DNA of 64,000 nucleotides from Selaginella moellendorffii (lineage: Eukaryota > Plantae > Lycopodiophyta), in NCBI RefSeq assembly GCF_000143415.4, contig NW_003314267.1:2397839-2461838 (forward strand), written 5' to 3'. Within the stretch, counting starts at the first letter, position 1; every line of letters begins with the position of its first letter. The notes under the pieces are model-generated. The model searched no databases. It had not been told where the DNA came from and worked only from the letters and a program-made list of their open reading frames with translations. Shown one piece after another: positions 46,181 through 57,527 of the stretch. A program made the translations under genes and the position numbers.

Positions 46181-48958
46181 ATGGTCAGCGATGGAGGCCT
46201 GCGAGAGAGGACGCGCAACATCTGTATCCTCGCCCACGTCGATCACGGCAAGACGACGCTGGCGGACCATCTCATCGCCGCCGCCGGCGATGGCGTCGTC
46301 CACCCCAAGCAAGCGGGTAAGCTTCGCTACCTCGACTTCCTCGACGACGAGCAGCAGCGCTGCATCACCATCAAGAGCGCCTCCATTGCCCTCCGCTACC
46401 GCGATCACGCCATCAATCTCATCGACTCGCCGGGGCACATCGATTTCTGCGGCGAGGTCTCCACGGCAGTGAGGTTGAGCGATGGAGCGCTCGTTTTGGT
46501 GGATGTTTGCGAGGGAATCCACGTCCAGACCCACGCTGTGCTCCGCCAGGCATGGCTGGAGAGGGTGGCGCCGTGCTTGGTGCTCAACAAGGTGGACAGG
46601 CTCGTCACGGAGCTCAAGCTCTCGCCGCTCGAGGCCTACCGGAGAATGGAGCGGATCATCGCCGAGGTGAACGGCATTGTCAGTGGCTTTCGATCCGAGA
46701 GCTACTTCTTCCGCGACGGAGAACAGCACGAAGAAGAGAGTGGTTTTGCGGACTTCTCTCCGGTGGCTGGGAATGTGGCCTTTGCGAGTGCTCTGGACGG
46801 GTGGGCTTTTAGAACACACGATCTTGTGGAAGTTTGCGAGATAAAGCTGGATCACTGTGTGACTGCTCGGGAGCTGGAAGAGAAGCTATGGGGGGGCTTC
46901 TTCTTGGTAACAGAGGACAAGAAACACAAGATTGTGTCCGAGCAGGAGCTTCCAAACGGGGCCAAGACCGCTGCCCCCAACACGAGGAAGCCTCTGTTCG
47001 TGCGACTTGTCCTGGAGAGCTTGTGGCAAGTTTACTCGTCGCTAGAGAAAGTTGGCGACGAGTCGGCAAAGATCCTGAGCAAGGTGATCAACGTCATGAA
47101 GCTCTCGGTTCCAGAGCGAGAGCTACGAAGTGGAGGCAGGGCGTCTCTCCAGGCCGTGATGAGCCGATGGCTTCCACTCTCGGACAAGCTCCTCGACATG
47201 GTTGTCCAAGCTCTCCCGGACCCGGCTCGAGCACAGGCTTACAGAAGCAATCACTTACTCCCGCCAAGAGCAGCGTCGTCTTTTTCGACCCTGATCAGCC
47301 CGAGCCAGCAGCAACTTCTCGACGAGATTGAGCATGCACGAATGTCGGTAAAGAAGTGTGATGACAGCCGCGGAGCTCCTTGTGTGGTTTACGTTTCCAA
47401 GATGTTCGCGGTCCCGGCTTCGATGATTCCTCGTGGTCGAGGAGATGAAGAAGACGAGTGCTTCTTGGCATTCGCGAGGGTGTTTAGCGGGGTCCTTGTT
47501 GCTGGTCAGAGAGTCTACGTGCTCTCGGATGTCTACGATCCAACCGTGGATACGGACAAACGGAGCTTTGAGGTGGCGACTGTCACGGCTCTCTACGTGA
47601 TGATCGGCCGAGGACTCAAGCCCGTGGACAAGGCAGCGGCTGGAAACGTGGTGGCGATCCAGGGACTTGGGGAAGAGGTTCTCAAGACGGCGACACTTAG
47701 CTCATCTCCAAACTGCTGGCCACTCGCGGGCTTAAGTTTCCAGGCGGCTCCGATAGTGAGGGTGGCGGTGGAGCCGTCGAATCCTGCGAACTTGGCACAG
47801 CTTTTGAAGGGACTCAAGCTTCTCAACCGCGCCGATCCCATGGTCCAGGTGACTTTCTCGAGCACTGGTGAGTACGTGCTCTCAGCAGCAGGCGAAGTTC
47901 ATCTCGAGCTCTGCGTGAAGGAGCTGAGGGAGAGGTTTGCTCGCGTGGAGCTTGAAGTCTCGGCTCCTCTGGTAGCATTCCGAGAAACCATTGACGACGA
48001 CAGTGCGATCACGAGCGAGCGATCGGAGGAAGAAGAACAGGAAGAAGGAAGAAAGGAGAGATGCGTGAGCTTCACCACTCCAAACCGCAGGTACACAGGA
48101 AGTGTTGAGGTTTGGAGGCTGCCAAGCTCGGTGCTGGAAGCCATCGAGAGCTCGGGCCTCGTCAAAACCGGCAAGGAGACTTGTTGCTCCGAGACTCTGG
48201 CAGCTCATCTTCTCGCGAATGCAGCAACAAAGAGGGAGCTCTTGGGCGAAATCATCTGGTCGTGCTGTGGAGCCAATCTCCTCGTTTCATCGCCGGAGCT
48301 CCTGCAAAGCTGTGGCAGCGAGGAAGACAGTGCGAGCCTGGAGAGCAGCATCGTGACGGGCTTTCAGCTGGCCTGTACCGCCGGTCCGCTGTGCAAGGAG
48401 CCACTGTGGGGACTGGCCTTCAGGATCAAGGTGGCGACTTGCAGCAATGCTGGCCATGGTGGCGTTGAAAACTCGGGACAAGTTATCAAGGTGATCAAGG
48501 AGGCGTGCCTGGAAGCAGTGGCGAAGAGAAATCCCAGGCTTGTGGAGGCGATGTACCTGTGCGAGGTGAGCACAAGCTCCTTGTTCCTGGGACAAATGTA
48601 TGGAGTTTTGGCGAGGAGGCGGGCGAGGGTGGTGAAGGAGGAGATGGCGGAAGGGAGGGACGTGTTTGCGGTGGTAGCGTTTGTCCCCGTGGCGGAGAGC
48701 TTTGGCCTGGCGGAGGAGCTGAGAAAGAGGACGTCTGGAGCGGCCAGCCCCCAGCTGCGGTTTAGTCACTGGGAAGTAGCCGAGGACGATGGAGATGATG
48801 GACTGGAGATGGGAGCTTTTCCAGAGAGGGACGAAGAACAAGGAGGGGGATTTGCGAAGCGGTTGATTGACGCAGTGAGGAGACGAAAGGGATTGGCTGT
48901 CAAGGAAAATCTTGTGAGGCATGCCGCGAAGCAAAGAACCTTGGCTAGAAAAGTCTAA
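46181..48958 (+). CDS. EFL1: Elongation factor-like GTPase 1 (EFL1/RIA1), intronless
   Basis: ILAHVDHGKTT, DSPGHIDF, NKVDR, GLKLLNRADP, GPLCKEPLWG, C-terminal VRRRKGL...HAAKQRTLARKV; lacks the eEF2 diphthamide loop. Confidence 0.93.
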   Translation: MVSDGGLRERTRNICILAHVDHGKTTLADHLIAAAGDGVVHPKQAGKLRYLDFLDDEQQRCITIKSASIALRYRDHAINLIDSPGHIDFCGEVSTAVRLSDGALVLVDVCEGIHVQTHAVLRQAWLERVAPCLVLNKVDRLVTELKLSPLEAYRRMERIIAEVNGIVSGFRSESYFFRDGEQHEEESGFADFSPVAGNVAFASALDGWAFRTHDLVEVCEIKLDHCVTARELEEKLWGGFFLVTEDKKHKIVSEQELPNGAKTAAPNTRKPLFVRLVLESLWQVYSSLEKVGDESAKILSKVINVMKLSVPERELRSGGRASLQAVMSRWLPLSDKLLDMVVQALPDPARAQAYRSNHLLPPRAASSFSTLISPSQQQLLDEIEHARMSVKKCDDSRGAPCVVYVSKMFAVPASMIPRGRGDEEDECFLAFARVFSGVLVAGQRVYVLSDVYDPTVDTDKRSFEVATVTALYVMIGRGLKPVDKAAAGNVVAIQGLGEEVLKTATLSSSPNCWPLAGLSFQAAPIVRVAVEPSNPANLAQLLKGLKLLNRADPMVQVTFSSTGEYVLSAAGEVHLELCVKELRERFARVELEVSAPLVAFRETIDDDSAITSERSEEEEQEEGRKERCVSFTTPNRRYTGSVEVWRLPSSVLEAIESSGLVKTGKETCCSETLAAHLLANAATKRELLGEIIWSCCGANLLVSSPELLQSCGSEEDSASLESSIVTGFQLACTAGPLCKEPLWGLAFRIKVATCSNAGHGGVENSGQVIKVIKEACLEAVAKRNPRLVEAMYLCEVSTSSLFLGQMYGVLARRRARVVKEEMAEGRDVFAVVAFVPVAESFGLAEELRKRTSGAASPQLRFSHWEVAEDDGDDGLEMGAFPERDEEQGGGFAKRLIDAVRRRKGLAVKENLVRHAAKQRTLARKV

Positions 48959-49691
48959 TAGCCCATTTTCTTTCGAATATTTGGAAGATTCGTTTTTGAA
49001 AGATACCAAATAATCCCTAACCCTAAAATTGGAGCGCAAAGTTCAGTCACGTAGTGGTAGCCACAGACTTTCAGGCAGCAGCAGCAGCGCAAGAGCAGTA
49101 GTTAAGTAGCGCGAGCAGAAAGTAGCAGAGTGAGTAGTAGAAGCACGTAGGTAACGAGACATAGCACGATAGAGTTAGATAGTAAGGAAGACTGGGAACG
49201 AAGAACAGCAGTGAGACGAAGTGAAGAATTAACAGTCAGATAGCAGGGGACCAATCATTCAGGGCGAAGCACTCCTCGGCTGGATTCCACCACTTCATTG
49301 AAATGGTGGCGGGAAGAAGAGCTCCAATCTTTGTAGTTTTCTTTTTCTACACTTGTAAATATCCATTCCAAATCTATAGTCTTTCAAGTTCGTGATCGCC
49401 CCCTTTCGTGATTAGCTTTGAAAAAGAAAATAAATGGAGATCCGATTTTTGGCCATTGTTTGATGAGGCCATGCCACTTTTGCTGATCACGAGTGACGAG
49501 CTCATGAAGTAAACATTGGCTAACAACCGGCTGCGACCGTATAAAGTCATGCCAAGCAAAGCGCGCCTCCACGCAAAGACCCCCTTTGACAAAACACTTC
49601 TCTCTGCCAAGAGCTTCTTTTTTATTTAGCTAGTGGCTAGTGATCTTTTCCTCGTTGTCATTCTAGCTCTGTGGATCATACGGGCCGAGCG

Positions 49692-50802
49692 ATGGCAAGA
49701 AATCTTCGCAGCTTCGCCGCGTTTCTTGCGATTTTCTTGACGTTTTTAATCCACTCGAGCGGTACTGCACTCATTGCTTGAACTGATCATTCCATCCAAT
49801 TGAGCTCTCTTCTTATGAAACTCTTTTATCTCTTTGCTTTCGTGCTTGTTTAGATGCTTCTGATCGAGAGTATGACTACTCCAACAACAGCCCGCGCGGG
49901 CCGCAGCGATGGGCGAGCCTCCACCGATCGTGGACGCTGTGCAGCTCCGGCTCACTCCAGTCGCCCATCAATCTCACCAAAGAGACGGTCTTGCGCGACA
50001 AAACCCTGCACAAGCTCGACTCCAATTACAACTCCACTGCCATCGCTACGGTTCTGGACTGGAAAGAGGATGTGGTCGTAAGTTACACTCCGAGATCTTT
50101 GATCTTTGATCTTCGATCTTCTCCTGGGAAATGATATACTTTGTTTTCTTTGTTCCAGCTTAACTTCCCAGACAATGCTGGTGATTTGATGATCAACGCG
50201 ACCCAGTACAAGCTAGTCCAGATCCGTGTCCACTCGCCCAGCGAGCATATGCTGGAAGGAAAAACGTAAGCTTTTCTCTTCGGAAATGAAATGAAATTTT
50301 GGTTTTTCTCTTGAAAAGGTTTCCTGCCGAAGTCCATCTCGTCCATAACAGCACTGACGACTCCAGCCGCATTGCGATCGTAGCATTCTACTTCAAGCTC
50401 GGGCGTCCAAACACTTTCATTGGCCAGGTAGGAATATTTCATTCTTTCTTGGATTTCTATTCAAAATATTTACAAAATAATCAAACTGATAATATAAGGT
50501 GATCGATGCACTCAACTCCACCCAAAACTTGGGCGAGCTCAACCCAACGCTACTCAAGATGGTGGGCAGGCCGTACTACCGCTACTCGGGCTCGCTGACC
50601 AGCCCACCCTGTACGGAGGGCGTTGACTGGTACGTGGTCAAGAAGAATCGCCGCATGTCCGTTGACCAGTTCCAGTTCATCCACAGCTATGTCAACGTAA
50701 GTCAATCACAGTGAAGTTCTTATTAACTTTTTTACTCCATAGGGAAGCAACGCAAGGCCCATGCAGCCTGCCAATGGACGAGAAATCGAAGCTTATAAAT
50801 AG
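49692..50802 (+). CDS. Secreted alpha-carbonic anhydrase-family protein, probably lacking one Zn ligand
   Basis: Six exons; signal peptide, GPQRW, QSPINL, QIRVHSPSEH, AEVHLVH, YYRYSGSLTSPPCTEGVDW, NARPMQPANGR. Confidence 0.92.
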
Positions 50803-51122
50803 TATAAGAATTACGTGAACAAGAATATACCATGTACGTCATAAAGAATATGCCCAGGAATATAAAAGAAGGCTTGCCCCACCGTACAGTGCTTGCGTGT
50901 TCCAACGGCCGCGCCTGTTAAAATTTGAAAATCCGGGAGAGGAGAAAGAGATTAGGTCTTTCTTCTCTCCTCTTTCTCCCGATCGATCCATCCACGATGC
51001 GACGCCGCCTCCAAATCCACTCGGCCGGCCAGTTGGGCTGAAAGGATGCGCGGCGCGGCGCATCGAGAAGCGAGGTGATTGATCCCTTCTTTGTAGCCCC
51101 GAAGAACCATACCATCGCGGCC

Positions 51123-52825
51123 ATGGCGAGCTTGAGCGTCTCCGGCCTGGCGCTGCCGCAGTGCGCCTCCATGCTGCGCGAGAAGCAGCGGATGTGCTCC
51201 GGGAATTGCAGCACCAGTGGATCCAGCGGCGGCAGCGCTAGCGGCAGGCGGAGTTACAGCACTAGATTCGCATTTGGAGGAGGAGGAGGAGCGTCATCGT
51301 CGTCAGTAGCGAGGAGAGATTGGAGGCCTGTGCAAACTAGAAGAACAACAGCCACCACCGTCACCATGACACTGGGAGGAAGCTTTGATACCTTTCGGGA
51401 CAGTGGTGGAGCACCGCCCACGCGTTTCCAGCGAAGTGGATACCTCCTCGGCCAGCCCTTGAAGAGCCTGGATCCCGGCTTGCACCTCGGCCCGGAGCTT
51501 CCACGCCTCCACCAGCGGAAGGGTCCTTCGTTCCTCAAGCCTGGAAGAATCGGAGTTAAGCGAGAGAGCAGCGATCCGGATGGAACTTACGAGACCACCA
51601 AGAAGGAGGTGACCAAGGCGGCGAAGCGGCTCAAGGACGACAAAGGTGGCGGCACGGGCAGGATCGCCGTCTACTTCGTCTCCTGGTGGGGGCTCAACAT
51701 CATCTTCAACGTTTACAACAAGAAGGTGCTCAACGTTTACCCGTTTCCGTGGCTCACCTCCGTCATGGCGCTCTTCGCCGGGACCGTCATCATGCTCGGC
51801 TCGTGGATGACGGGATGCATCCAAGCTCCCGACACGGACATGCAGTTCTGGCAGAATCTCTTCCCTGTAAGAACCAAAGAACTCATTAGTCAGTCCACGA
51901 ACTTGAAGTAACGAAACCAAAGAGAGCGTAGGAACGAACTCACCTTGAAAGCTTTTCAGGTGGCAGTGGCGCATTCCATTGGACACGTCGCTGCGACCAT
52001 CAGCATGGCGAGGAGTGCTGTGGCCTTCACGCAGATCATCAAGAGCGCGGAGCCCGCGTTTAGCGTGGTGCTGTCGCGACTCTTCCTCGGAGAAAGGTAT
52101 CCTCTTCCCGTCTACTTATCACTCCTGCCAGTCGTTGGAGGTTGCTGCTTGTCCGCCGCCACCGAGCTCAACTTCGACATGATAGGTACTTTCTTCTTCT
52201 TCGCTTGCCTCTTTTCTTCGACTTATCGAGCTCCTGTTTGTCACAGGTTTCTTGGGAGCCAACATCTCCAACGTTGCCTTTGTCTTCCGGAACTTCTTCT
52301 CCAAGAGAGGCATGAGCAAGAAGGTCAGCGGCCTCAACTACTACGGCTGCCTGTGCATCATGTCTCTGGCCATCTTGACGCCCTTCGCAATCGCCATAGA
52401 AGGCTTTCACAACTGGAACGTTGGCTGGCAAACTGCGTCTCGAGCAATCGGTCCCCCATTCCTCTGGTAACGTTGGTCACTTCCAAACTTGAGACTCTGC
52501 CTTCCCCGTCGTTCTTTCTTTCTCACGCCGTCCGTCTGCTAACCAGGTGGGTGATCGCACAGAGCGTCTTCTACCACTTGTACAACCAAGTCTCGTATAT
52601 GTCGCTGGACCAGATATCTCCGCTGACTTTCAGCATTGGTAACACCATGAAGAGAGTTTCTGTCATTGCGGCGTCCATCTTCATCTTCAAGACGCCGGTG
52701 CAGCCTGTGAATCTGATTGGTGCAGCCATTGCGATTTTTGGAACCTTCTTGTACTCACAGGTAGACAAAAGCTTGTTCGCTGTGAACTCCCTCACTGTTC
52801 TTTTCCTTTGCAGGCAAACAAGTGA
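51123..52825 (+). CDS. GPT: Plastid glucose-6-phosphate/phosphate translocator-like protein (TPT family)
   Basis: Transit-like N-terminus; YFVSWWGLNIIFNVYNKKVLN.YPFPWLTS, FTQIIKSAEPAFSV, YHLYNQVSYMSLDQISPLTFSIGNTMKR. Confidence 0.9.
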
Positions 52826-53026
52826 AAAATAGCTTTTTTCAGCCGTGCTACAAGAGAGAATGAGAGAAGATTGAAAGTGTACCTGTTTTTTGAGACTTCG
52901 CAGGGAGAATGCATTGACGCTGATCTGTTTTGTTCGAGACAAACTGTTACTGTTATCGCATTGCAAGTGTTAGCTGTAATTAAAAAATATAGAAAGATCG
53001 TCAGTAGCCAGACACGCGTGAATTTC

Positions 53027-53818
53027 TCACAAGGGAAGCAGCAACACGGGGCAAGGAACGAATTCTGCAAGGAGGTTCCCATCAATGTGCTTGGAATGAA
53101 TGCATTCCATGCTGAGAACGACCAAGTCTAGCCCCATGTCATCCGCAACTTCTCCTATTACCACTGCTGCTTTCTTGCCTTCTCCAATCTTTTCCAGCAT
53201 CCCATAGTCTTGGATTCCTCCTACAAAAGAAAAATGTATCACAAGTTTACCAATGAATATCAATCCCAACCTTCTTCCAGGTGCCAGCGAATTGTTTGAA
53301 GTCTCTGCTCGTAGTCTTTCTCCTTTTTCTCCTCATCAATCACTGCAGCCACGGCAAATTCATAATGGACGTGATGGACCCAAACAAAAAACGAAGTTAC
53401 GTACCCACAACTGTGATCTTTGCGCCATACTTCTTCGCTAGAGACGTAGCTGTTGCCGCGGCCTACAAAAAGAAAAACAAAGAAAGAAACAGCACTCAGA
53501 ATCAATCAAAGAAAAAAACTGAGTTTTTGCAACCTGACGAGTCGAATCCGACAGATACGGGTTCTTATCGATGATGGGCAGTAGAACATGTTGAAACTCT
53601 TTCGCTATTGCTGGAGCTCCGTCTGCATTACAGTGAATCGGCAACTCGAGAGACAAACAAGAATCCGACTTACCAGTAGCACTACTGCTGCACCGAGCCA
53701 CCCGAAAGCGTTGAGGACGAATCGAGTAGCATCTAGACCGATTTGCTGGGGCCTGGAACGAAAAGCAAGACAAAGAAGAAGAGGTTGAAAGGCCGATCCG
53801 GCTGATGTTGCTCATCAT
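53027..53818 (-). CDS. Universal stress protein (USP)-domain protein, probably plastid-targeted
   Basis: Ser-rich transit-like N-terminus; FQHVLLPIIDKNPYLSDSTRQ, IGEVADDMGLDLVVLS, LLAEFVPCPVLLLPL; several short introns. Confidence 0.85.
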
Positions 53819-53971
53819 CGTCGCCCAAAACCAAGGAAGAGAAACCAAAACCCACAAAGTCCACTTGGACAGTAGCTAGGGCTTTCCAGACTCTTCCCCT
53901 TCCTAAATCCTGCTTCCTGCCTAGCTATGGAAACTAAAACCAGTGTAAACTAAAATTGAATTTCCCTGTCC

Positions 53972-55656
53972 CTAAGAGAAGCTTGCTTCCTGTGCTATCC
54001 TTCTAACTTCATCCACCTGGGAAATGATCGCATCTGTGCTTTCGATCGGTACCTCTACTGCTAATTGCAAGCTGTGTCTGATGATGCTGCTTGACGTTGT
54101 CGTCGTTTTCTTTTTGCTGCTACCCGGTGTGGTCTTCTTCGCAGACCCTGGCTTTGGTGGCTTGCCTCTCGGCTTCTTTTCTGCGGCTTCTCCCGGGGAG
54201 TTGGACTTGCTGTGGCCGTTTCCATTTCCTGCTTCCTGACCACCCGCATCAGTCTCCTGGTGGGAAAAAAACAAGGCAAACTTTTGAGAAAGAACGAGAT
54301 CAATTAGACATGGAGGCACCTGTTTCAGAGGTTCCATCTGCAGTCTCCCGCCTGCTGCTGCTGCAATCGCTGCCACTGCCTCCATTTCGTGGGTACCGGC
54401 AAAAGGAGCGGCCGACATCGGCTGCGGAGGCGTATGGTCCTTCCAATCCGTGATTGGGAATGCAAAGTCCGGACCGAAGTTGAATCGAACCGTGCAGTTT
54501 GGCTCGTTCGGAAGCGTGTACATTGAAGCAGCAGGAAAGTACCGTCCTGCGTAGATATCTTTGTAAGCACAGCCCTGGTACACACCGTTTCTAAAGAACA
54601 CAATCTCGCCTCCTGAAAACAGAAAGCACCAAGACGTCGTTACGAAACGGTGAAAAGAAACAAGAGTCGATACAAACCAGGCAAAGGCCTGAGAGGCTCC
54701 TCTTTCGTCTCGGCAGTGTAAGGCAAGCCTTTGAAGCTCACAATCTCCGGTGGCTTTGGAGCAAGAGCAGCACCATTCGGCAAGTTGATGTAGAAGCCAA
54801 TCGTGTCACCTTCAATGTAGGCTTCTCCATAAGGCTCCCTGAGCGCTGCATGGACTTTACTCCCTTCCAGGTCCCGGTAGCCATATCCATGACTGTCGTA
54901 TCCAACCGGAGCCTGGACATCACCCTTCTGCGTACACCACCCAAGCCGCGTGTGCCCAGTCTTCCCCAAGTGCTCCACAGTGATCTCAAAGTACCAAGCT
55001 CCTTCCACAACACCCCGAGTAGCTCGGACCATCCGGTACCCTTTGATACTCCCAGCCGAGAGCTGGTCGGCGCTGAGCTCCACCTTCTCGGCCTTCTGGA
55101 GCTTGGAGAGCAAAACTGGCAAGTCCGGCCCATCCTCGATCTTGGGAACCACGGGACTGAGGTAGACCGAGTTCTCATTCTCCAGAGCTTTCGCCTGTGT
55201 CTTGCTGCCCCCCTTTTTGCTGCTCTTCCTCGTCGTGCTCTTGCTCCAAACGTTTGTGTTTCTCTTCTTTGGCTTCTTCGCTGCCGCCGCGGATGCCCCC
55301 TCGTCCCCCTGCTTGCGTTTCTGGCTCACCTTTCCCTTCTTCTTGTTGTTGCCTCCCTCAGCAGCTGGAATCTCCATCTCTGGAGTCTCTGGCGCTGGAG
55401 TCCCGGGGGCGGCCTCCTCCTCCTCCTCCTCATTCCCATCCCCACGATTCACATTCTCGATCGGCACTGCGTCGGTAGCATCCGGAGTGGAATTTGGATC
55501 CCTACTCACCCCTTCGTCGTCATCGCCCGCCGCATTCGGGCTGTTGTTGTTGTCATCGTCGTCGTCGCCGAGCCGGAGCGATGGAGTGCGATCCTCGTCC
55601 TCCATCTCCTCGTCGCCGCCCTCGCCCTGCTCCGCGAGCTCCTCCTCCATCGTCAT
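53972..55656 (-). CDS. ASH2R: ASH2L/TRAUCO-like COMPASS subunit (SPRY domain)
   Basis: Acidic N-terminus, [59 protein letters not shown]; 3' exon structure tentative. Confidence 0.93.
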
Positions 55657-55737
55657 CACCTAAAACCCTAAAAATATTTTCACGCGAATATGCCCAACGA
55701 ATAATCTTACTCCGGGAAAAGGAAAACTCTTCGTGCT

Positions 55738-56224
55738 CTAGCTCTTGAGCCTCTTGGCGAATCGCGCGATCACTTGGAACTCGTCCAGATGCTGTGACAA
55801 GAAGAGATAGAAACGATCGATTAGTGGAGCGCTTGGCTGTGGGGCTTGCCTGTTGGGACGCGAAATGTCGGATCACGGCTTCTAGCAGCTCCTCCTTGGA
55901 AGAATTGGGGCTAACAGGCTGCAAGAAAATCAGGACGCCAGAAAGAGAAGCGATCGATCGATGCGTACGAGTTTGAAGTGGCGCCGGTACCGCCTCAGCG
56001 CCGCCGTCTCCAGCTTGCTCAGATCCACAATCTGATCCAAGAAATATCCATCGATGATTGATCGATCGATCGAAAGAGGGAGAGAAAGAGGAGAAAGAAG
56101 ATAAAAATCTATCGATCGATCAGAAAACTCTCACCGTTTCTTGCCGAGATCCCGTCGCTGCTGCTGCCGCTCTTGGATCAATGTGAGTGGACGATCGCTT
56201 CTCGGAGGAGGATTTCGCGTTCAT
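55738..56224 (-). CDS. 91-aa SAP30 Sin3-binding-domain protein (SAP30/AFR-like)
   Basis: Exons 56135-56224, 55969-56031, 55850-55918 and 55738-55791, all phase 0 (third intron GC-AG); VDLSKLETAALRRYRRHFKL..SPNSSKEELLEAVIRHFASQQHLDEFQVIARF. Confidence 0.88.
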
Positions 56225-56347
56225 GGAACTGGCGATGGATCGAAATCTTTCGCTAGGGATATTCGAGCGATGGAAGGAAGAAAGGGGTATATTTTTGGGC
56301 TTGGCCTTGTTTGGATTTTAGGGATTGGATTGGGGAAAGGAGGAAGG

Positions 56348-56934
56348 ATGCTGATCGAGGCGGACGTCTACGAGGATTACATCCTTTGCGACAAGCAGCG
56401 AGCTGGCGGCGATGATGGCCGCGACCGCGGTGATGACGATCGCGCCTCCCAATCATGCGTCGTCGATCCTCCTCCTCCAGCGCCGGCGCCAGTGATTCCC
56501 GAGAAGAAGGAGGCGGTGGAAGAAGAATCGCAGAGCGCCGCCAAGATCATCGATGCCGCGGCGGCACTGCGATGGATGCAAGAGCTCGGCCGCGATTACA
56601 AGGCGTATCGGCTCCAGAGCCTGGGATTTCTCGTCCTTAGCACCGTGCTCTTCGCGGCTCTCCTGGCGATCGTCGTGTGGCAGCACAACCAGATCCTCGT
56701 CTTGAAAGAGGTAAGTCTCTAGAAATTTTTTCTTTCCTCCATCGATTGACTGATCGATCCGATCGCTTTGTTTTCCAGAGGGTGGAGTATCTCTCCCAGG
56801 CGGCGTACATCCAGGAGACCCCCATCACGATCTCCCGCCCGCGCTGCACGACCCTCTTCCCGAGCTCCCTGTGCGAGACCAGCAAGGAGCTGCTAGGGCG
56901 CTTGCGATCGCGCTTGATCAACGAGTTTGCCTAA
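56348..56934 (+). CDS. Unknown single-pass membrane protein, two exons
   Basis: MLIEADVYEDYILC...; TM LGFLVLSTVLFAALLAIVVW; intron gtaagt 56711 to ttccag 56778 in phase; alternative ATG at 56270. Confidence 0.65.
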
Positions 56935-57050
56935 ATTCTCTAGAGATTTCCAGCGATTTCTATCCCCCCGATAGAAATCGAGAGAGCTTCTTCTTCATTG
57001 TCACTCTCACATACATTGTCTAAATTCCGTTTTTCTCTTTCCGCAAGTAC

Positions 57051-57218
57051 TCACTCTTTGATCTGATCGCGCTCGCGCTCGCGCTCCCGCGACAGCATCA
57101 TTGGCGAATTCCTGTCGGGCTGCCGATTGACGAAGATCAAGTAGCCAGTGACGCCCAGCACGATCGCGGTGAAGATGTAGAGCCCTCGCGTATTGAGCCG
57201 CGTCCTTCGATCCTCCAT
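57051..57218 (-). CDS. 55-aa single-pass microprotein (below the ORF-track cutoff)
   Basis: MEDRRTRLNTRGLYIFTAIVLGVTGYLIFVNRQPDRNSPMMLSRERERERDQIKE*; preceded by aaccctag/ttaggg telo-box-like motifs; GC-rich codons. Confidence 0.55.
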   Translation of the reverse strand: MEDRRTRLNTRGLYIFTAIVLGVTGYLIFVNRQPDRNSPMMLSRERERERDQIKE

Positions 57219-57527
57219 CGCCTAACCCTAATTCTAGGGTTCGTGAGCAACTAACGGCTGGGATGCAACCCCCGACAGCCATCCGACGGGCACGATTCAA
57301 CCACCCAACAATAGAAATATTTCTTTTAATCAGTAAAAAAAATAAAAATAGAGAGAAATTTACAACCATCCGACACGAGAGCGCTCGGCCTCGCCAATTC
57401 GGACCCTTTTTTGGTTTGGCTGTTTAGCTGTTCTTCGTCTTTGATCCAGAGGAATAAATGCGATGCGTGAGGAGAAATCGGGGAAATCGGGAAGAAAATC
57501 GAGAAGGGCAGCCGAGAAATCGATTGA

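Noticed and set aside
46181-48958. eEF2 call (RCITIKS motif)
   Set aside because: No diphthamide loop, and the C-terminus is EFL1-type
49040-49370. Purine-rich segment resembling a solo LTR
   Set aside because: No clear TG...CA termini, TSD or second copy in the window
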